A stretch of 64,000 nucleotides of DNA from NCBI GenBank assembly GCA_964410585.1, contig CAYPFW010000002.1, positions 78,207 to 142,206 on the forward strand, read 5' to 3'. How positions within the stretch are numbered: position 1 is the stretch's first letter; each line of letters starts with the position of its first letter. The position numbers were made by a program, and so were the translations under genes. The stretch comes from an uncultured archaeon. GTDB lineage: Archaea; Aenigmatarchaeota; Aenigmatarchaeia; QMZP01; JACQNV01. The notes under the pieces were generated by a model. The model made no database searches. It saw nothing but the letters and a program-made list of their open reading frames with translations, and was not told the DNA's origin. Below are positions 1 through 8,895 of this stretch, one piece after another.

Positions 1-672
1 AAAAATCCAAGAAAAACATTACCGAAAGCGCTTGTAATTTCATTAATAATATCAACAATACTTTACATTTTAGTTTCTGTGGCATCTGTAGAAATTTTAG
101 GTGCTGAAAAACTGGCAGCATCAAAGGCTCCTTTGACAGAAGTTGTCACCAAAGCCATACCAAATGCCTCTCTCTTAATGTCTATAATTGCTTTGTTCGC
201 AACTGGAAATACTGTGCTTATTATCCTTATAGTTGTTTCAAGAATTCTATATGGAATGTCAAACCAACATTCCCTTCCAAAATTCTGTTCAGCTGTTGGA
301 AAAAGAGGAACTCCATATGTAGCAATAGCTCTTGTAGGTATAGTTACAGCTTTGTTTGCGGCTTTAGGTAACCTTAAGCTTATAGCATCAGTGACTGATT
401 TAGGTGTGTTTATTGCATACTTTTTTGTAAATTTGGCACTGATAAAATTGAGGTATAAAAAAGGATATATTGGAAGTGGTTTTAGGAGTCCGAGCATTGG
501 AAGGTTTCCTATCCTGGCTCTTTTTGGTTTGATAACATCAGTTATATTGTTTTTCTATTTTGATTTGTATGTTTGGTTTTTGGAACTATTATCAATAGTA
601 TTAGGATTCATAATCTATAGAGCTTTCAAAAGGAATCAGAAATACAAGTTATCTAAAAGATTTAGCACATGA
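1..672 (+). CDS. Amino acid permease (APC family), C-terminal part; the 5' end lies outside the window
   Basis: The open frame runs from position 1 (no stop) to 672. The product is polytopic and hydrophobic with a C-terminal layout typical of an APC permease (e.g. ILIIVVSRILYGMS, FIAYFFVNLALIKLRYKK). Confidence 0.6.
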   Translation, partial: KNPRKTLPKALVISLIISTILYILVSVASVEILGAEKLAASKAPLTEVVTKAIPNASLLMSIIALFATGNTVLIILIVVSRILYGMSNQHSLPKFCSAVGKRGTPYVAIALVGIVTALFAALGNLKLIASVTDLGVFIAYFFVNLALIKLRYKKGYIGSGFRSPSIGRFPILALFGLITSVILFFYFDLYVWFLELLSIVLGFIIYRAFKRNQKYKLSKRFST

Positions 673-1074
673 GCTGCAGCAAAAGGCAAATGTTTTAGAT
701 TTTATTTTTTTTCTATAGCCGCCCTGATAAACCTTGCATGCGCAGTGTGCGCATTCTGTGAGTTTTGGTTCAATTGCAATTTCTATAAGATTGTCAAATT
801 TTGCCAGCAAATTTTTTACAAATGCTCTCCCCTGTGGAGTTAGAGTATATATTTTTTTATCTCTGTTACCTAGATCCTTTGAGAGTATGTATCTTTCGTT
901 TTCAAGCTTTCTCAAAAATGGATAAACGTTTCCGGCACTTATTTTTTTCTTCAACCTGCCTTCAAGGTTTTTGATTATTTCGTATCCATGTTTTGGTTTT
1001 TCGTTCAATAGAAGCAAAGTGTAAAGTTTAGTCAAACTCGTCATGTTTTCTAGAGAATCCTTTGTCCTTACCAT
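649..1074 (-). CDS. PadR-family winged-helix regulator fused to a C-terminal TRASH/YHS-like metal-binding domain
   Basis: The N-terminal region matches the PadR signature (KHGYEI...NVYPFLRKLE). The C-terminus CAHCAC-x19-FCCSSCAKSF matches the TRASH pattern C-x2-C-x19-C-C-x2-C. The gene is divergent from copA. Start chosen at the Met at 1074; alternative starts are 1044 or 1152. Confidence 0.6.
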   Translation of the reverse strand: MVRTKDSLENMTSLTKLYTLLLLNEKPKHGYEIIKNLEGRLKKKISAGNVYPFLRKLENERYILSKDLGNRDKKIYTLTPQGRAFVKNLLAKFDNLIEIAIEPKLTECAHCACKVYQGGYRKKIKSKTFAFCCSSCAKSFR

Positions 1075-1201
1075 AGAATAATATGGGAACCTTTTTATAT
1101 AAGCTTTCAAAATATAATATATCAAAATATGATATATATTAGTGGTTGTCAAGTTGGATGACTCTCTATTGTTGTGTAGAAAATGGTAAAATCATAGTCA
1201 T

Positions 1202-3538
1202 ATGACAACGGAAAAAGTCCAAATCAGGGTAGAGGGCATGCACTGTGCTAGCTGCGCAGCTAAAATAAAATCTGCTTTAAAAAAGGTTGATGGAATAAAA
1301 AATTCAAACGTAAATGCGCTTACTAAAATTGCGCTTGTAGAATTTGAAAGCAAAAAAATTGATTCTCATAAAATTATTAATTTGATAAAAGGTCTTGGTT
1401 ATAAACCTTTTCTAGAATCAGTAGACCAAGGTTCCACTGCCACAGATCCTGTTTGTGGAATGAAGATTGAGAAAAGTAAGTCAATAAAAAAAGAATTTGC
1501 TGGAAGAATATACTACTTTTGCTCTGAGGAATGTGTCAATAAGTTTGAGTCGCCTGAACAGGAATTAAAAAAAATGAAAAGAAGGGTCACAGTAGCCCTT
1601 TCTGGTGTGCTTTTCCTCGGAATAATTCGTGTAATAGCAATGTTCGCTTTGGCTGCAGGTGCCTCAATTGTGACATGGGTTCCAATACCAAGTCTTCCAT
1701 ATTTCACTTGGGGTGTTTGGCTCTTTTTGATAACAACGCCAATCCAGTTTATCGGTGGTTGGGGATTCTATAAAGGCGCATACACAGCTTTGGTGAACAA
1801 AAGAATAAACATGGATATTCTGATAACAATTGGTACTCTAACAGCTTACATATACAGCGTTTTTGTTGTTTTCTTCCCAAACGTTTTGCCTGTAGACGAA
1901 ACTAATGTTTACTTTGAAGTTTCTGCTGTCATAATAGCTTTTGTTCTGCTTGGAAAATTTATGGAAGATTATATGAAAAGAAGGACGTCTGCTGCTGTCA
2001 GAAAATTAATGGATATGCGGCCGCAGACTGCAACAGTGATAAGAAATGGGAAGGAAAAAGAAATTCAGGCTGACCAAATTGTTGTCGGTGATATAATTGT
2101 TGTAAGGCCTGGGGAAAAAATACCAACGGATGGAATTATAGTAAGTGGATACACTTCAATAGATGAGTCAATGGTGACAGGAGAGAGCATACCAGTTGAA
2201 AAAGAAAAAGGCGATGAAGTCATTGGTGCGACTGTGAACAAGCATGGTTTGATAAAATTTGAAGCGACAAAAATTGGTGCAGAAACGACATTGATGCAGA
2301 TTGTGAAAATGGTTGAAGAGGCCCAGGGATCGAGTGCGCCAATACAAAGACTTGCAGACAAAGTTTCCAGCTATTTTGTGCCAGCTGTAATCGGAATTGC
2401 TGTTTTGTCATTTTTAGTTTGGTATTTAGTTTTAGGTAACTTCACTCTTGGTCTTCTATCGTTTATAGCTGTTTTGATAATTTCTTGTCCATGTGCTCTG
2501 GGGATAGCGACACCTGCGGCGCTTATGGTTGGTGTTGGAAAAGGAGCAGAGAGCGGCATTTTGATAAGAGGTGGAGAGTATTTGGAACGGACACAGAAAT
2601 TGAACACGATTATTTTTGACAAAACAGGAACACTAACAAAAGGGCAACCTGTTGTCACTGATATTGTTTCAGAAAGCCCAAAAGACTTGATCAAGTTTGC
2701 TGTAATCGCAGAGAAAGGTTCAGAGCATCCTCTTGCAGATGCAGTAATGGAAAAAGCAGAAGAGATGAAAATAAAAATCCCAGACGCTGATAGGTTTGAG
2801 GCTGTTCCAGGGCATGGTGTGAAAGCTATTTTTGGAAAGAACAAGATATTTGTTGGAAACAGGAAACTGATGGCCAAAAATTCAATAGATATCAAGGCCT
2901 TTGAAAAAAGGATGGAAGGCCTGGAAAGTGAAGGGAAAACTGTGATGTTGGTTTCTTTGGATAAAAAAGTTCTGGGAATTGTTGCAATTGCAGACACTTT
3001 GAAAGAAACGTCGAAGGAAACAGTAAAACAGCTTTCTGATTTGGGTGTTCAAACAATTATGTTGACGGGCGACAATGAGAAAACAGCTAAATCAATTGCA
3101 AAAAGTGTTGGAATAGAAAATGTGATAGCAAATGTTTTGCCTGGAGAAAAAGCTAATGTTGTGAAAAAAATCCAAAAAGAGGGCAAGGTCGTTGCAATGG
3201 TTGGAGATGGGATAAATGATGCGCCTGCTTTAGCCCAAGCAGACATAGGAATAGCAATTGGTTCTGGGAGCGATGTTGCAAAAGAGACAGGTGGAATAAT
3301 CCTTGTAAAAGATAATCTTCTAGATGTTGTAACAGGTATCAAGCTAAGCAAGGCAACAATGAGAAAAATAAAACAAAATCTATTCTGGGCATTTGCCTAC
3401 AATGCAGCTGCAATACCAATCGCAGCTTTTGGAATGCTGAACCCAATAATAGCTGCAGCAGCAATGGCCTTGAGCTCGCTTACAGTTGTTGGAAATTCTG
3501 CGCTTCTGAAGAGGTATAAAATAAGAGTTGAGAATTGA
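1202..3538 (+). CDS. copA: Copper-exporting P1B-type ATPase (CopA-like) with an N-terminal HMA domain and a YHS/TRASH domain
   Basis: HMA motif [15 protein letters not shown]; YHS/TRASH motif DPVCGMKI...[12 protein letters not shown]; membrane CPC motif (SCPCALG); phosphorylation motif DKTGTLT; GDGINDAP hinge. Length 778 aa. Confidence 0.9.
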   Translation: MTTEKVQIRVEGMHCASCAAKIKSALKKVDGIKNSNVNALTKIALVEFESKKIDSHKIINLIKGLGYKPFLESVDQGSTATDPVCGMKIEKSKSIKKEFAGRIYYFCSEECVNKFESPEQELKKMKRRVTVALSGVLFLGIIRVIAMFALAAGASIVTWVPIPSLPYFTWGVWLFLITTPIQFIGGWGFYKGAYTALVNKRINMDILITIGTLTAYIYSVFVVFFPNVLPVDETNVYFEVSAVIIAFVLLGKFMEDYMKRRTSAAVRKLMDMRPQTATVIRNGKEKEIQADQIVVGDIIVVRPGEKIPTDGIIVSGYTSIDESMVTGESIPVEKEKGDEVIGATVNKHGLIKFEATKIGAETTLMQIVKMVEEAQGSSAPIQRLADKVSSYFVPAVIGIAVLSFLVWYLVLGNFTLGLLSFIAVLIISCPCALGIATPAALMVGVGKGAESGILIRGGEYLERTQKLNTIIFDKTGTLTKGQPVVTDIVSESPKDLIKFAVIAEKGSEHPLADAVMEKAEEMKIKIPDADRFEAVPGHGVKAIFGKNKIFVGNRKLMAKNSIDIKAFEKRMEGLESEGKTVMLVSLDKKVLGIVAIADTLKETSKETVKQLSDLGVQTIMLTGDNEKTAKSIAKSVGIENVIANVLPGEKANVVKKIQKEGKVVAMVGDGINDAPALAQADIGIAIGSGSDVAKETGGIILVKDNLLDVVTGIKLSKATMRKIKQNLFWAFAYNAAAIPIAAFGMLNPIIAAAAMALSSLTVVGNSALLKRYKIRVEN

Positions 3539-3593
3539 GAAGTTGGATATATAGTATTGTATATCAGAGTCTATCAATAACAATAAACAAGTA

Positions 3594-3715
3594 TACAGCG
3601 TGCACCAACTATAGTATCTAACATATGACTTGGATATTGATTAGTAGTTGAAACCAATACACAGCGTGCATCAATTAACAGCTCACCTATGCCACAACAT
3701 GCGTTAGATACTATA
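3594..3715. promoter_or_regulatory. Repeat-rich intergenic region between the convergent copA and a His-rich protein gene: two direct repeats ACAGCGTGCA(C/T)CAA and an 11-bp inverted repeat TAGTATCTAAC / GTTAGATACTA
   Basis: Direct repeats at 3594-3609 and 3659-3675. Inverted repeat arms at 3612-3622 and 3703-3713. The location is 3' of both genes, so this may be a bidirectional terminator or a small-RNA locus. Confidence 0.3.
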
Positions 3716-3719
3716 TATA

Positions 3720-4313
3720 CTAAGCTGACATAGAGGAATATTCTATTTCTATTTTGTCCTTATCTTTCATGAAATAGTTTTCAAAATCAGTGTTTGGTTT
3801 TCCATTAACAAACATTTTCACGCTGTTTTTGTCGTCGTTGCAGTAGTTAAATATGCAGCTTTTAGTGAATTGTTTTCCCCAGACTTTGAAAAAGAAATCC
3901 AATTTCATGTTTTGTTCTGTTGGATTTTGGTTTTCCAAATGGATAATATTATCTGCTTCATGAGTATGGACAGGCTGGTGAAAAGATGGGCTTAGGCCGA
4001 TATTTGCTGGTATTGTTTGGTCTTGTCCGTTTATTTTTATTGTAAGATGTGGATGCCAATGTATAGGTCCTTTAGGGACATCAGATTCTGATATGACATG
4101 TGTTGTTAAATCACCACTTCCATTGTTTGTAAACGCAAATATGCCAGCTGCAAGCGCAGCTATAACAACTGCAACCATGCCATATTTTAGAAATCCCTTT
4201 CCAGAAATTGAACTAGGTTTTTTAGCTCCTTCAGAATGTTTAGATTGTTTGTGCTGCTCTAAACCTCCCACATGTCCAAACTCCTTATCACATTTATCGC
4301 ATTTGAAACTCAT
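3720..4313 (-). CDS. Hypothetical membrane-anchored protein: N-terminal C2H2-like zinc ribbon, one TM helix, and an extracytoplasmic His-rich domain (possible metal binding)
   Basis: N-terminus CDKCDKEFGH...HKQSKH; one TM segment (MVAVVIAALAAGIFAF); His clusters HWHPH and HQPVHTHE. It sits next to copA. No family assignment from sequence alone. Confidence 0.4.
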   Translation of the reverse strand: MSFKCDKCDKEFGHVGGLEQHKQSKHSEGAKKPSSISGKGFLKYGMVAVVIAALAAGIFAFTNNGSGDLTTHVISESDVPKGPIHWHPHLTIKINGQDQTIPANIGLSPSFHQPVHTHEADNIIHLENQNPTEQNMKLDFFFKVWGKQFTKSCIFNYCNDDKNSVKMFVNGKPNTDFENYFMKDKDKIEIEYSSMSA

Positions 4314-4362
4314 AGGGCATATTGGATTTAGTATTATTTAAAACTTTACAAAACTAGTAAAT

Positions 4363-5118
4363 CTAATTTTTGTTTTCGTATTTCCTGATTTTAGCTCTTG
4401 CTGATCTGACATGTTTCTTGGTTTTTTGGACAGAAGCTGCGAAAGAATCAGCTTTCCTCTCTTCTTCTGTTCTCAAATGATGGAATTTTACAAGAGTTGA
4501 CATTGGGGAAAGGAACCTAAAAAATGTCAAGGATAGTTTTAGGGCAGATGTCTTCTCTTTTATGTGTGCAAGTTCGTGGAGAATAACAGCCTCTAATTCC
4601 TTCCTATTTAATATATCGAAAAGACCAACTGAAAGGAAGATGGCTGATTTGAAATGTCTGAAGGAAAAGGCAAGCGGATTGGCTTTGTCCAATGCGAAAA
4701 CTTTGGGCGGCCTTATATTTAGGTTTTTAGATGATTTTTTGATGAAACTCAATACCCATCCAGATTTTATCTGCCTCTCATTGTTTGTTTTTACATAGTA
4801 TAGTGGGATCACTATAAACCCAACCAAAGTTGATACCAAAAGCGTTGCAGGGAGCGACAGCAGTAGAAGGTTTACAAAATTGTTTGGTCCAGTATAGCAA
4901 CTAGAAACACAGAGCATGCCGCATGTTGTTTGTGTTGTGAAGAGCATGAGTGGATACAAAAGGAAAACAAGATGGGAATACAAAATAACTATTCTAGATT
5001 TGTTGGAAAAGCTAAGCCTTTTCAGCAAAAAAATAAGCGAAACAGCAAATGATATGGATAGAATTGAAAGTACAATTTTCGCCGGGTCTACAACTAGGCC
5101 AAAAAAACACCCTACCAT
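4363..5118 (-). CDS. BlaR1/M56-like membrane zinc metalloprotease (signal-transducer protease domain, no sensor domain)
   Basis: Several TM helices, then the HExxH motif (HELAHIKE) in the M56/M48 context. It lies immediately downstream of a BlaI-family repressor gene. Confidence 0.6.
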   Translation of the reverse strand: MVGCFFGLVVDPAKIVLSILSISFAVSLIFLLKRLSFSNKSRIVILYSHLVFLLYPLMLFTTQTTCGMLCVSSCYTGPNNFVNLLLLSLPATLLVSTLVGFIVIPLYYVKTNNERQIKSGWVLSFIKKSSKNLNIRPPKVFALDKANPLAFSFRHFKSAIFLSVGLFDILNRKELEAVILHELAHIKEKTSALKLSLTFFRFLSPMSTLVKFHHLRTEEERKADSFAASVQKTKKHVRSARAKIRKYENKN

Positions 5119-5148
5119 TTGCTAACCTCTTTATTTTCAATTGTATAT

Positions 5149-5206
5149 CGTTTCTCTTTGGGTACGGTATACTTTCTCTTTTTGAAAGAGAAAGGATAGC
5201 TCTACT
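5149..5206 (+). ncRNA. Copy A of a repeated intergenic element: 5' box TTTCTCTTTGGGTACGGTAT, a 10-bp hairpin CTTTCTCTTT/AAAGAGAAAG, and a 3' box GGATAGCTC
   Basis: Conserved ends shared with copies at 45038, 52489, 57647 and (opposite strand) 16098. The hairpin shows compensatory changes (CTC/GAG) relative to copy B (T/A). It lies between the blaI stop and the blaR1 start. Confidence 0.45.
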
Positions 5207-5576
5207 TTGAAAACTTTTCATTAAAGTAAGCGACAGCAGACTTGCCAAATGTGTCTATCATTTTCTCAACAAACTTGTCCATCATTGAATACTCAAAATC
5301 TTTCTTCGAAAGCACTGGTGAGTAAATGTAGTGATAGCCTCCCCTTCCTGGTAGAGCCTTTCTCTTCACTAACTTTTTTTCAAAAAGCCTATCTAAAATA
5401 ACAGCAACACTAGTCAAAGCAACTTTTTGGTCTTTTTTCACAATAGAATGAAGTTCCCTTACTTTTGCAGACTCCCTTTCCCAAAGTGCGTACAAAACCT
5501 TTGCCTCTAGTGGGCTTAGAAAAGCTTCTGCACCTTCTTTTTCAAATCGAATCTTGTTTATTTCCATACTTTTCAC
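5202..5576 (-). CDS. BlaI/MecI/CopY-family transcriptional repressor
   Basis: 124-aa winged-helix protein with the typical family layout (LSPLEAKVLYALWE...LTSVAVILDRLFEKKLVKR). It is paired with the downstream M56 protease. Confidence 0.65.
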   Translation of the reverse strand: MKSMEINKIRFEKEGAEAFLSPLEAKVLYALWERESAKVRELHSIVKKDQKVALTSVAVILDRLFEKKLVKRKALPGRGGYHYIYSPVLSKKDFEYSMMDKFVEKMIDTFGKSAVAYFNEKFSK

Positions 5577-5711
5577 ATCTGTTTATAATTCGCAGTAAAC
5601 TATTTAAGCTTTACAAATAATGTAAAGTATTTAAACACAAGCACCAAATATTAGATCAATACAAGCTTTACAAATTTTGTAAATATATCCCAAGAAAACT
5701 AATATGCATTT

Positions 5712-6230
5712 ATGAAAAAAGAGACGATAAAGTCAAATGGTCTATTAGACCATACAATAAAGGTGCTAAAAAAGAATTCAAAAACATTTTTAGTAGCCAC
5801 TGTTTTGTTTGGTCTTATATATACATTCATATATGGATTATGGCTTATCCCTGCAATAGGTTTTGGGTTCCATAGAGACTCAGCTGTTACAGTTTTGGAT
5901 TGGGCCTATTTGCCTCTAGTATCGCTGATGTCTGGTTCCTTGGTTACACTAATGAAATATAAATTAAATACAATGAGTACAAGTACAATTGGTGGATTTG
6001 GTGGTGTAGTAGCCGGTTTGGGTGCTGCTTCGTGCCCGGTTTGCCAAGGAGTGACCATAGCAGCTTTCGGTGGAAATATAGCTTTCCTCTCATTCGGCGA
6101 TTTCTCGCCATTTGTTTGGGTCTTCCAAGCAACTGCTGTTTTTATTCTCTGGATATCATTATATTTAACTGCAAATAATCTATATACAAATAATTGCATT
6201 GGGTGCATTTCAGGCAGAAAGCCTAGATAA
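5712..6230 (+). CDS. Hypothetical polytopic membrane protein with a CPVCQG motif
   Basis: About 4-5 predicted TM segments and a Gly-rich stretch GGFGGVVAGLGAASCPVCQG. No confident family. Confidence 0.35.
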   Translation: MKKETIKSNGLLDHTIKVLKKNSKTFLVATVLFGLIYTFIYGLWLIPAIGFGFHRDSAVTVLDWAYLPLVSLMSGSLVTLMKYKLNTMSTSTIGGFGGVVAGLGAASCPVCQGVTIAAFGGNIAFLSFGDFSPFVWVFQATAVFILWISLYLTANNLYTNNCIGCISGRKPR

Positions 6231-6232
6231 GT

Positions 6233-6967
6233 ATGGTAAAAGCAAAAAGCGTCAAAGAAGTAAAGGTCGCGAAGGATACAAAAACTAAAGAAAAAAATCT
6301 TTTGGACAGCAACATATTTTTAGTAGGAATAACAATAGTTGTCGCACTAGTTGTCATGAATCAGGTTTTAATTTCAACAACAGGCTTCGCAGTTGGCAGT
6401 TCAGGTACAATGGGTGAGATAAAGCTTACAGAAGGATTTATGTATGGCTCAAAAACAACATTAAAGCCTATGCCATTGGCGACAGGTGAACAGTCTAGAA
6501 TAGCTGGGTATGGATCAATTGTCAAACCCTTACCCACAATAAGCGATCTTCCAATAAAACCATCAACAGGCGATGTTGTTCAGGATTTGATAAATAATAT
6601 CATACCAACAGGAACACCGTGGTATGGCCAAGAAGCTGGAGTAAGCTTTGATGCTGCTGAACCGGCTGCTCAACTATGGGGAAAAGCAAGGGCCTTGGAA
6701 CTTACAACAGAACAAGAAGCAAGATGGGGTAGGATAGTAAACTCCTTCACCTGTGATTACTGCTGCGGCTCACCTCAAAGCCCAACAATAATAACAAGGT
6801 GTGGATGTGCTCATGCACAGGGAGCTTTGGGTATGGCTAGATGGTTCATAAAATATTATGGTGACAAGTATTCAGACGAAGAGATATATGGTGAAATGGC
6901 TAGATGGTACGCTGCTTGGTATCCGGGTCCAACTATTCAGAGAATAGCGTTGGAGATGTCTCAATAA
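6233..6967 (+). CDS. Hypothetical membrane-anchored protein with a C-terminal Cys cluster
   Basis: One N-terminal TM; a CDYCCGS...CGCAHAQG cysteine cluster; W/Y-rich C-terminus. Confidence 0.35.
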   Translation: MVKAKSVKEVKVAKDTKTKEKNLLDSNIFLVGITIVVALVVMNQVLISTTGFAVGSSGTMGEIKLTEGFMYGSKTTLKPMPLATGEQSRIAGYGSIVKPLPTISDLPIKPSTGDVVQDLINNIIPTGTPWYGQEAGVSFDAAEPAAQLWGKARALELTTEQEARWGRIVNSFTCDYCCGSPQSPTIITRCGCAHAQGALGMARWFIKYYGDKYSDEEIYGEMARWYAAWYPGPTIQRIALEMSQ

Positions 6968-7012
6968 TGAGTAACTAAAATATATATGGAGGGTTAGAGG
7001 AACCGGAAACAA

Positions 7013-7249
7013 TTGAACTGCAGGTTCCCTAAAATTATGGAAAATAAAAGTGTGCTATTGGTTGTTCTGATAGCAGCTTTGTTGGTAACAGTTGCATTGC
7101 AAACTGTCCAGCTCGTAGCATTGAATGCTGGAACATCTGCTGCAGCTATTAGTTTCCCAGCAGCAGGCAAATCAGCAGGAAGCGGTTCTGCTGGTTCATC
7201 TGGTCCAACAAGCTTACAGAACTTGCCAAGTATGGTTGGTGGATGTTAA
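7013..7249 (+). CDS. Small secreted/membrane Ala-Gly-Ser-rich protein
   Basis: 78 aa, N-terminal hydrophobic segment, low-complexity SAG-rich tail. Weak call. Confidence 0.25.
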   Translation: MNCRFPKIMENKSVLLVVLIAALLVTVALQTVQLVALNAGTSAAAISFPAAGKSAGSGSAGSSGPTSLQNLPSMVGGC

Positions 7250-7325
7250 TCTTAGGTAGCTATTAAAATAGAATAGCTCTATGCTTAACAATAGAACTTG
7301 AAGTAGTGTTAGATTATATAGAAAT

Positions 7326-8438
7326 ATGAAACTAAACAACAATTTGATATATGGGGTCTTGGCTCTTATTGTAGTTTTGTCTATAGTTAATGCTTATTTT
7401 GTTTCTGTCAGATCGCAAACTGTTATGGGTGCCATTGATAAAGCAAAAGAAGATGCAAGACCGGCTGACATAGAAGTGATCAAACTCACAGCTGACTGCT
7501 CAGATTGTTTTGATATAGAAAAGGTCTTGTCAGATTTGAAAAGCAAAAATGTAAATGTGAAAAAAGAAGAGAGTGTCAGTTTTTCATCTGACAGAGGGAA
7601 AGAACTAATTTCACAATTTGGTATAACCAAATTGCCTACACTAATTGTTTCTGGCGAGGTCAAAAAGCCAAGTATAGAGTCAATATGGAGTGATTGGGAG
7701 GAAAAAGAAGGAAAGTATGTTTTTAAAAATATCCTTCCACCATACACAAACTTACAAAACGAAGTTGTAGGAAAGGTTTCTGCAACAATTATTTTAGACT
7801 CCTCATGCCAAAAATGCGATGACTTTTCCCAGATTCTAAATGGTCTAAAGCAAACAGGTGTTGTTTTTTCAGAGGAAAAGAAATTGGAATACGCAACACC
7901 AGAAGCAAAAGATCTAATCACAAAACTTGATATTCAAAGAATACCTGCAATTGTTTTGAGTAAAAATATTATCGAGTATGCTGGTATGGAGCAATCCCTT
8001 CAACAAGTTGGTGCTAAAGAAAAAGATGGTTTCTTTGCTCTTCATGCACAGGTTCCTCCATACAGGGATGCGAAAACAAATGAATTGAAAGGTTTGGTAA
8101 AAGTAACTTATCTTTCAGATGCTTCTTGTAAATCGTGTTATGATGTAAACATAAACAAAGAAATACTTGCAAGATTTGGTTTGGCAATCACATTGGAGAA
8201 AAATTTAGATATAAATTCAACAGAGGGAGCTGGATTAGTTAAAACCTATAAAATAGAAAAAGCTCCAATAATTTTGGTTTCTCCTGAAGCTGATGTCTAT
8301 GATGTTTTCAAACAAGCCTGGCCTAGTGTTGGATCTGTTGAAGCAGATGGCTGGTTTGTGATGAGGAACCCAGAAATTTTAGGCGGATACAAAAACCTGA
8401 CATCAGGACAAGAGATTGCAGCCGCTGTCAACCAATGA
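7326..8438 (+). CDS. Membrane-anchored protein with three tandem thioredoxin-like CxxC domains
   Basis: Three repeats of about 110 aa, each with a CxxC motif (CSDC, CQKC, CKSC) followed about 60 aa later by a KLP/RIP/KAP-I(I/L)(V/L) cis-Pro-like motif. N-terminal signal anchor. Confidence 0.55.
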   Translation: MKLNNNLIYGVLALIVVLSIVNAYFVSVRSQTVMGAIDKAKEDARPADIEVIKLTADCSDCFDIEKVLSDLKSKNVNVKKEESVSFSSDRGKELISQFGITKLPTLIVSGEVKKPSIESIWSDWEEKEGKYVFKNILPPYTNLQNEVVGKVSATIILDSSCQKCDDFSQILNGLKQTGVVFSEEKKLEYATPEAKDLITKLDIQRIPAIVLSKNIIEYAGMEQSLQQVGAKEKDGFFALHAQVPPYRDAKTNELKGLVKVTYLSDASCKSCYDVNINKEILARFGLAITLEKNLDINSTEGAGLVKTYKIEKAPIILVSPEADVYDVFKQAWPSVGSVEADGWFVMRNPEILGGYKNLTSGQEIAAAVNQ

Positions 8439-8895
8439 TATGTCAGCAAAAATTTTAGTGATTAGTTCAATTGTTTTCCTTCTACTTATTTCAATAGGAA
8501 TACCTTTACAGCTTCAGCAAACTCAGACACAAAATTTTGAATTTGATAAACCAGTTGATGTTGTCACAAAATATTTTGAATCTTGGGATAAAAAAAATTG
8601 GGTTGAAATGTATTCCACAATTTCAGACGGATTTAAGAAAATAGAACCAACTGCACAAACTTTGGCTGATTTCAGAGAATATTCAGAGTCCCAGGCAATA
8701 GGTGGAGTACGAGTAATTTCGATAAATGAAAAATCAAATGATGGAAAGACAGCCGTTGTTGATTATTCAGTTGAATTCGAAACAAGTAAATGGAATAAAT
8801 TTGAAGGTACATTTACTTTGAAATTTAGACAGGGTGATATAATTCGGGGATGGAAGCTCATACACCCATATGGAAATAACGTTGATACATCATAA
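8416..8895 (+). CDS. Hypothetical membrane-anchored protein (true start may be the Met at 8440)
   Basis: N-terminal TM (ILVISSIVFLLLISIGI) followed by a soluble domain. No motif recognised. Confidence 0.35.
   Translation: MQPLSTNDMSAKILVISSIVFLLLISIGIPLQLQQTQTQNFEFDKPVDVVTKYFESWDKKNWVEMYSTISDGFKKIEPTAQTLADFREYSESQAIGGVRVISINEKSNDGKTAVVDYSVEFETSKWNKFEGTFTLKFRQGDIIRGWKLIHPYGNNVDTS

Noticed and set aside
1513-3583. Seven antisense or alternative-frame ORFs (60-208 aa) inside copA
   Set aside because: They are embedded in a strongly supported 778-aa P-type ATPase reading frame. Their translations are low-complexity and typical of shadow ORFs.
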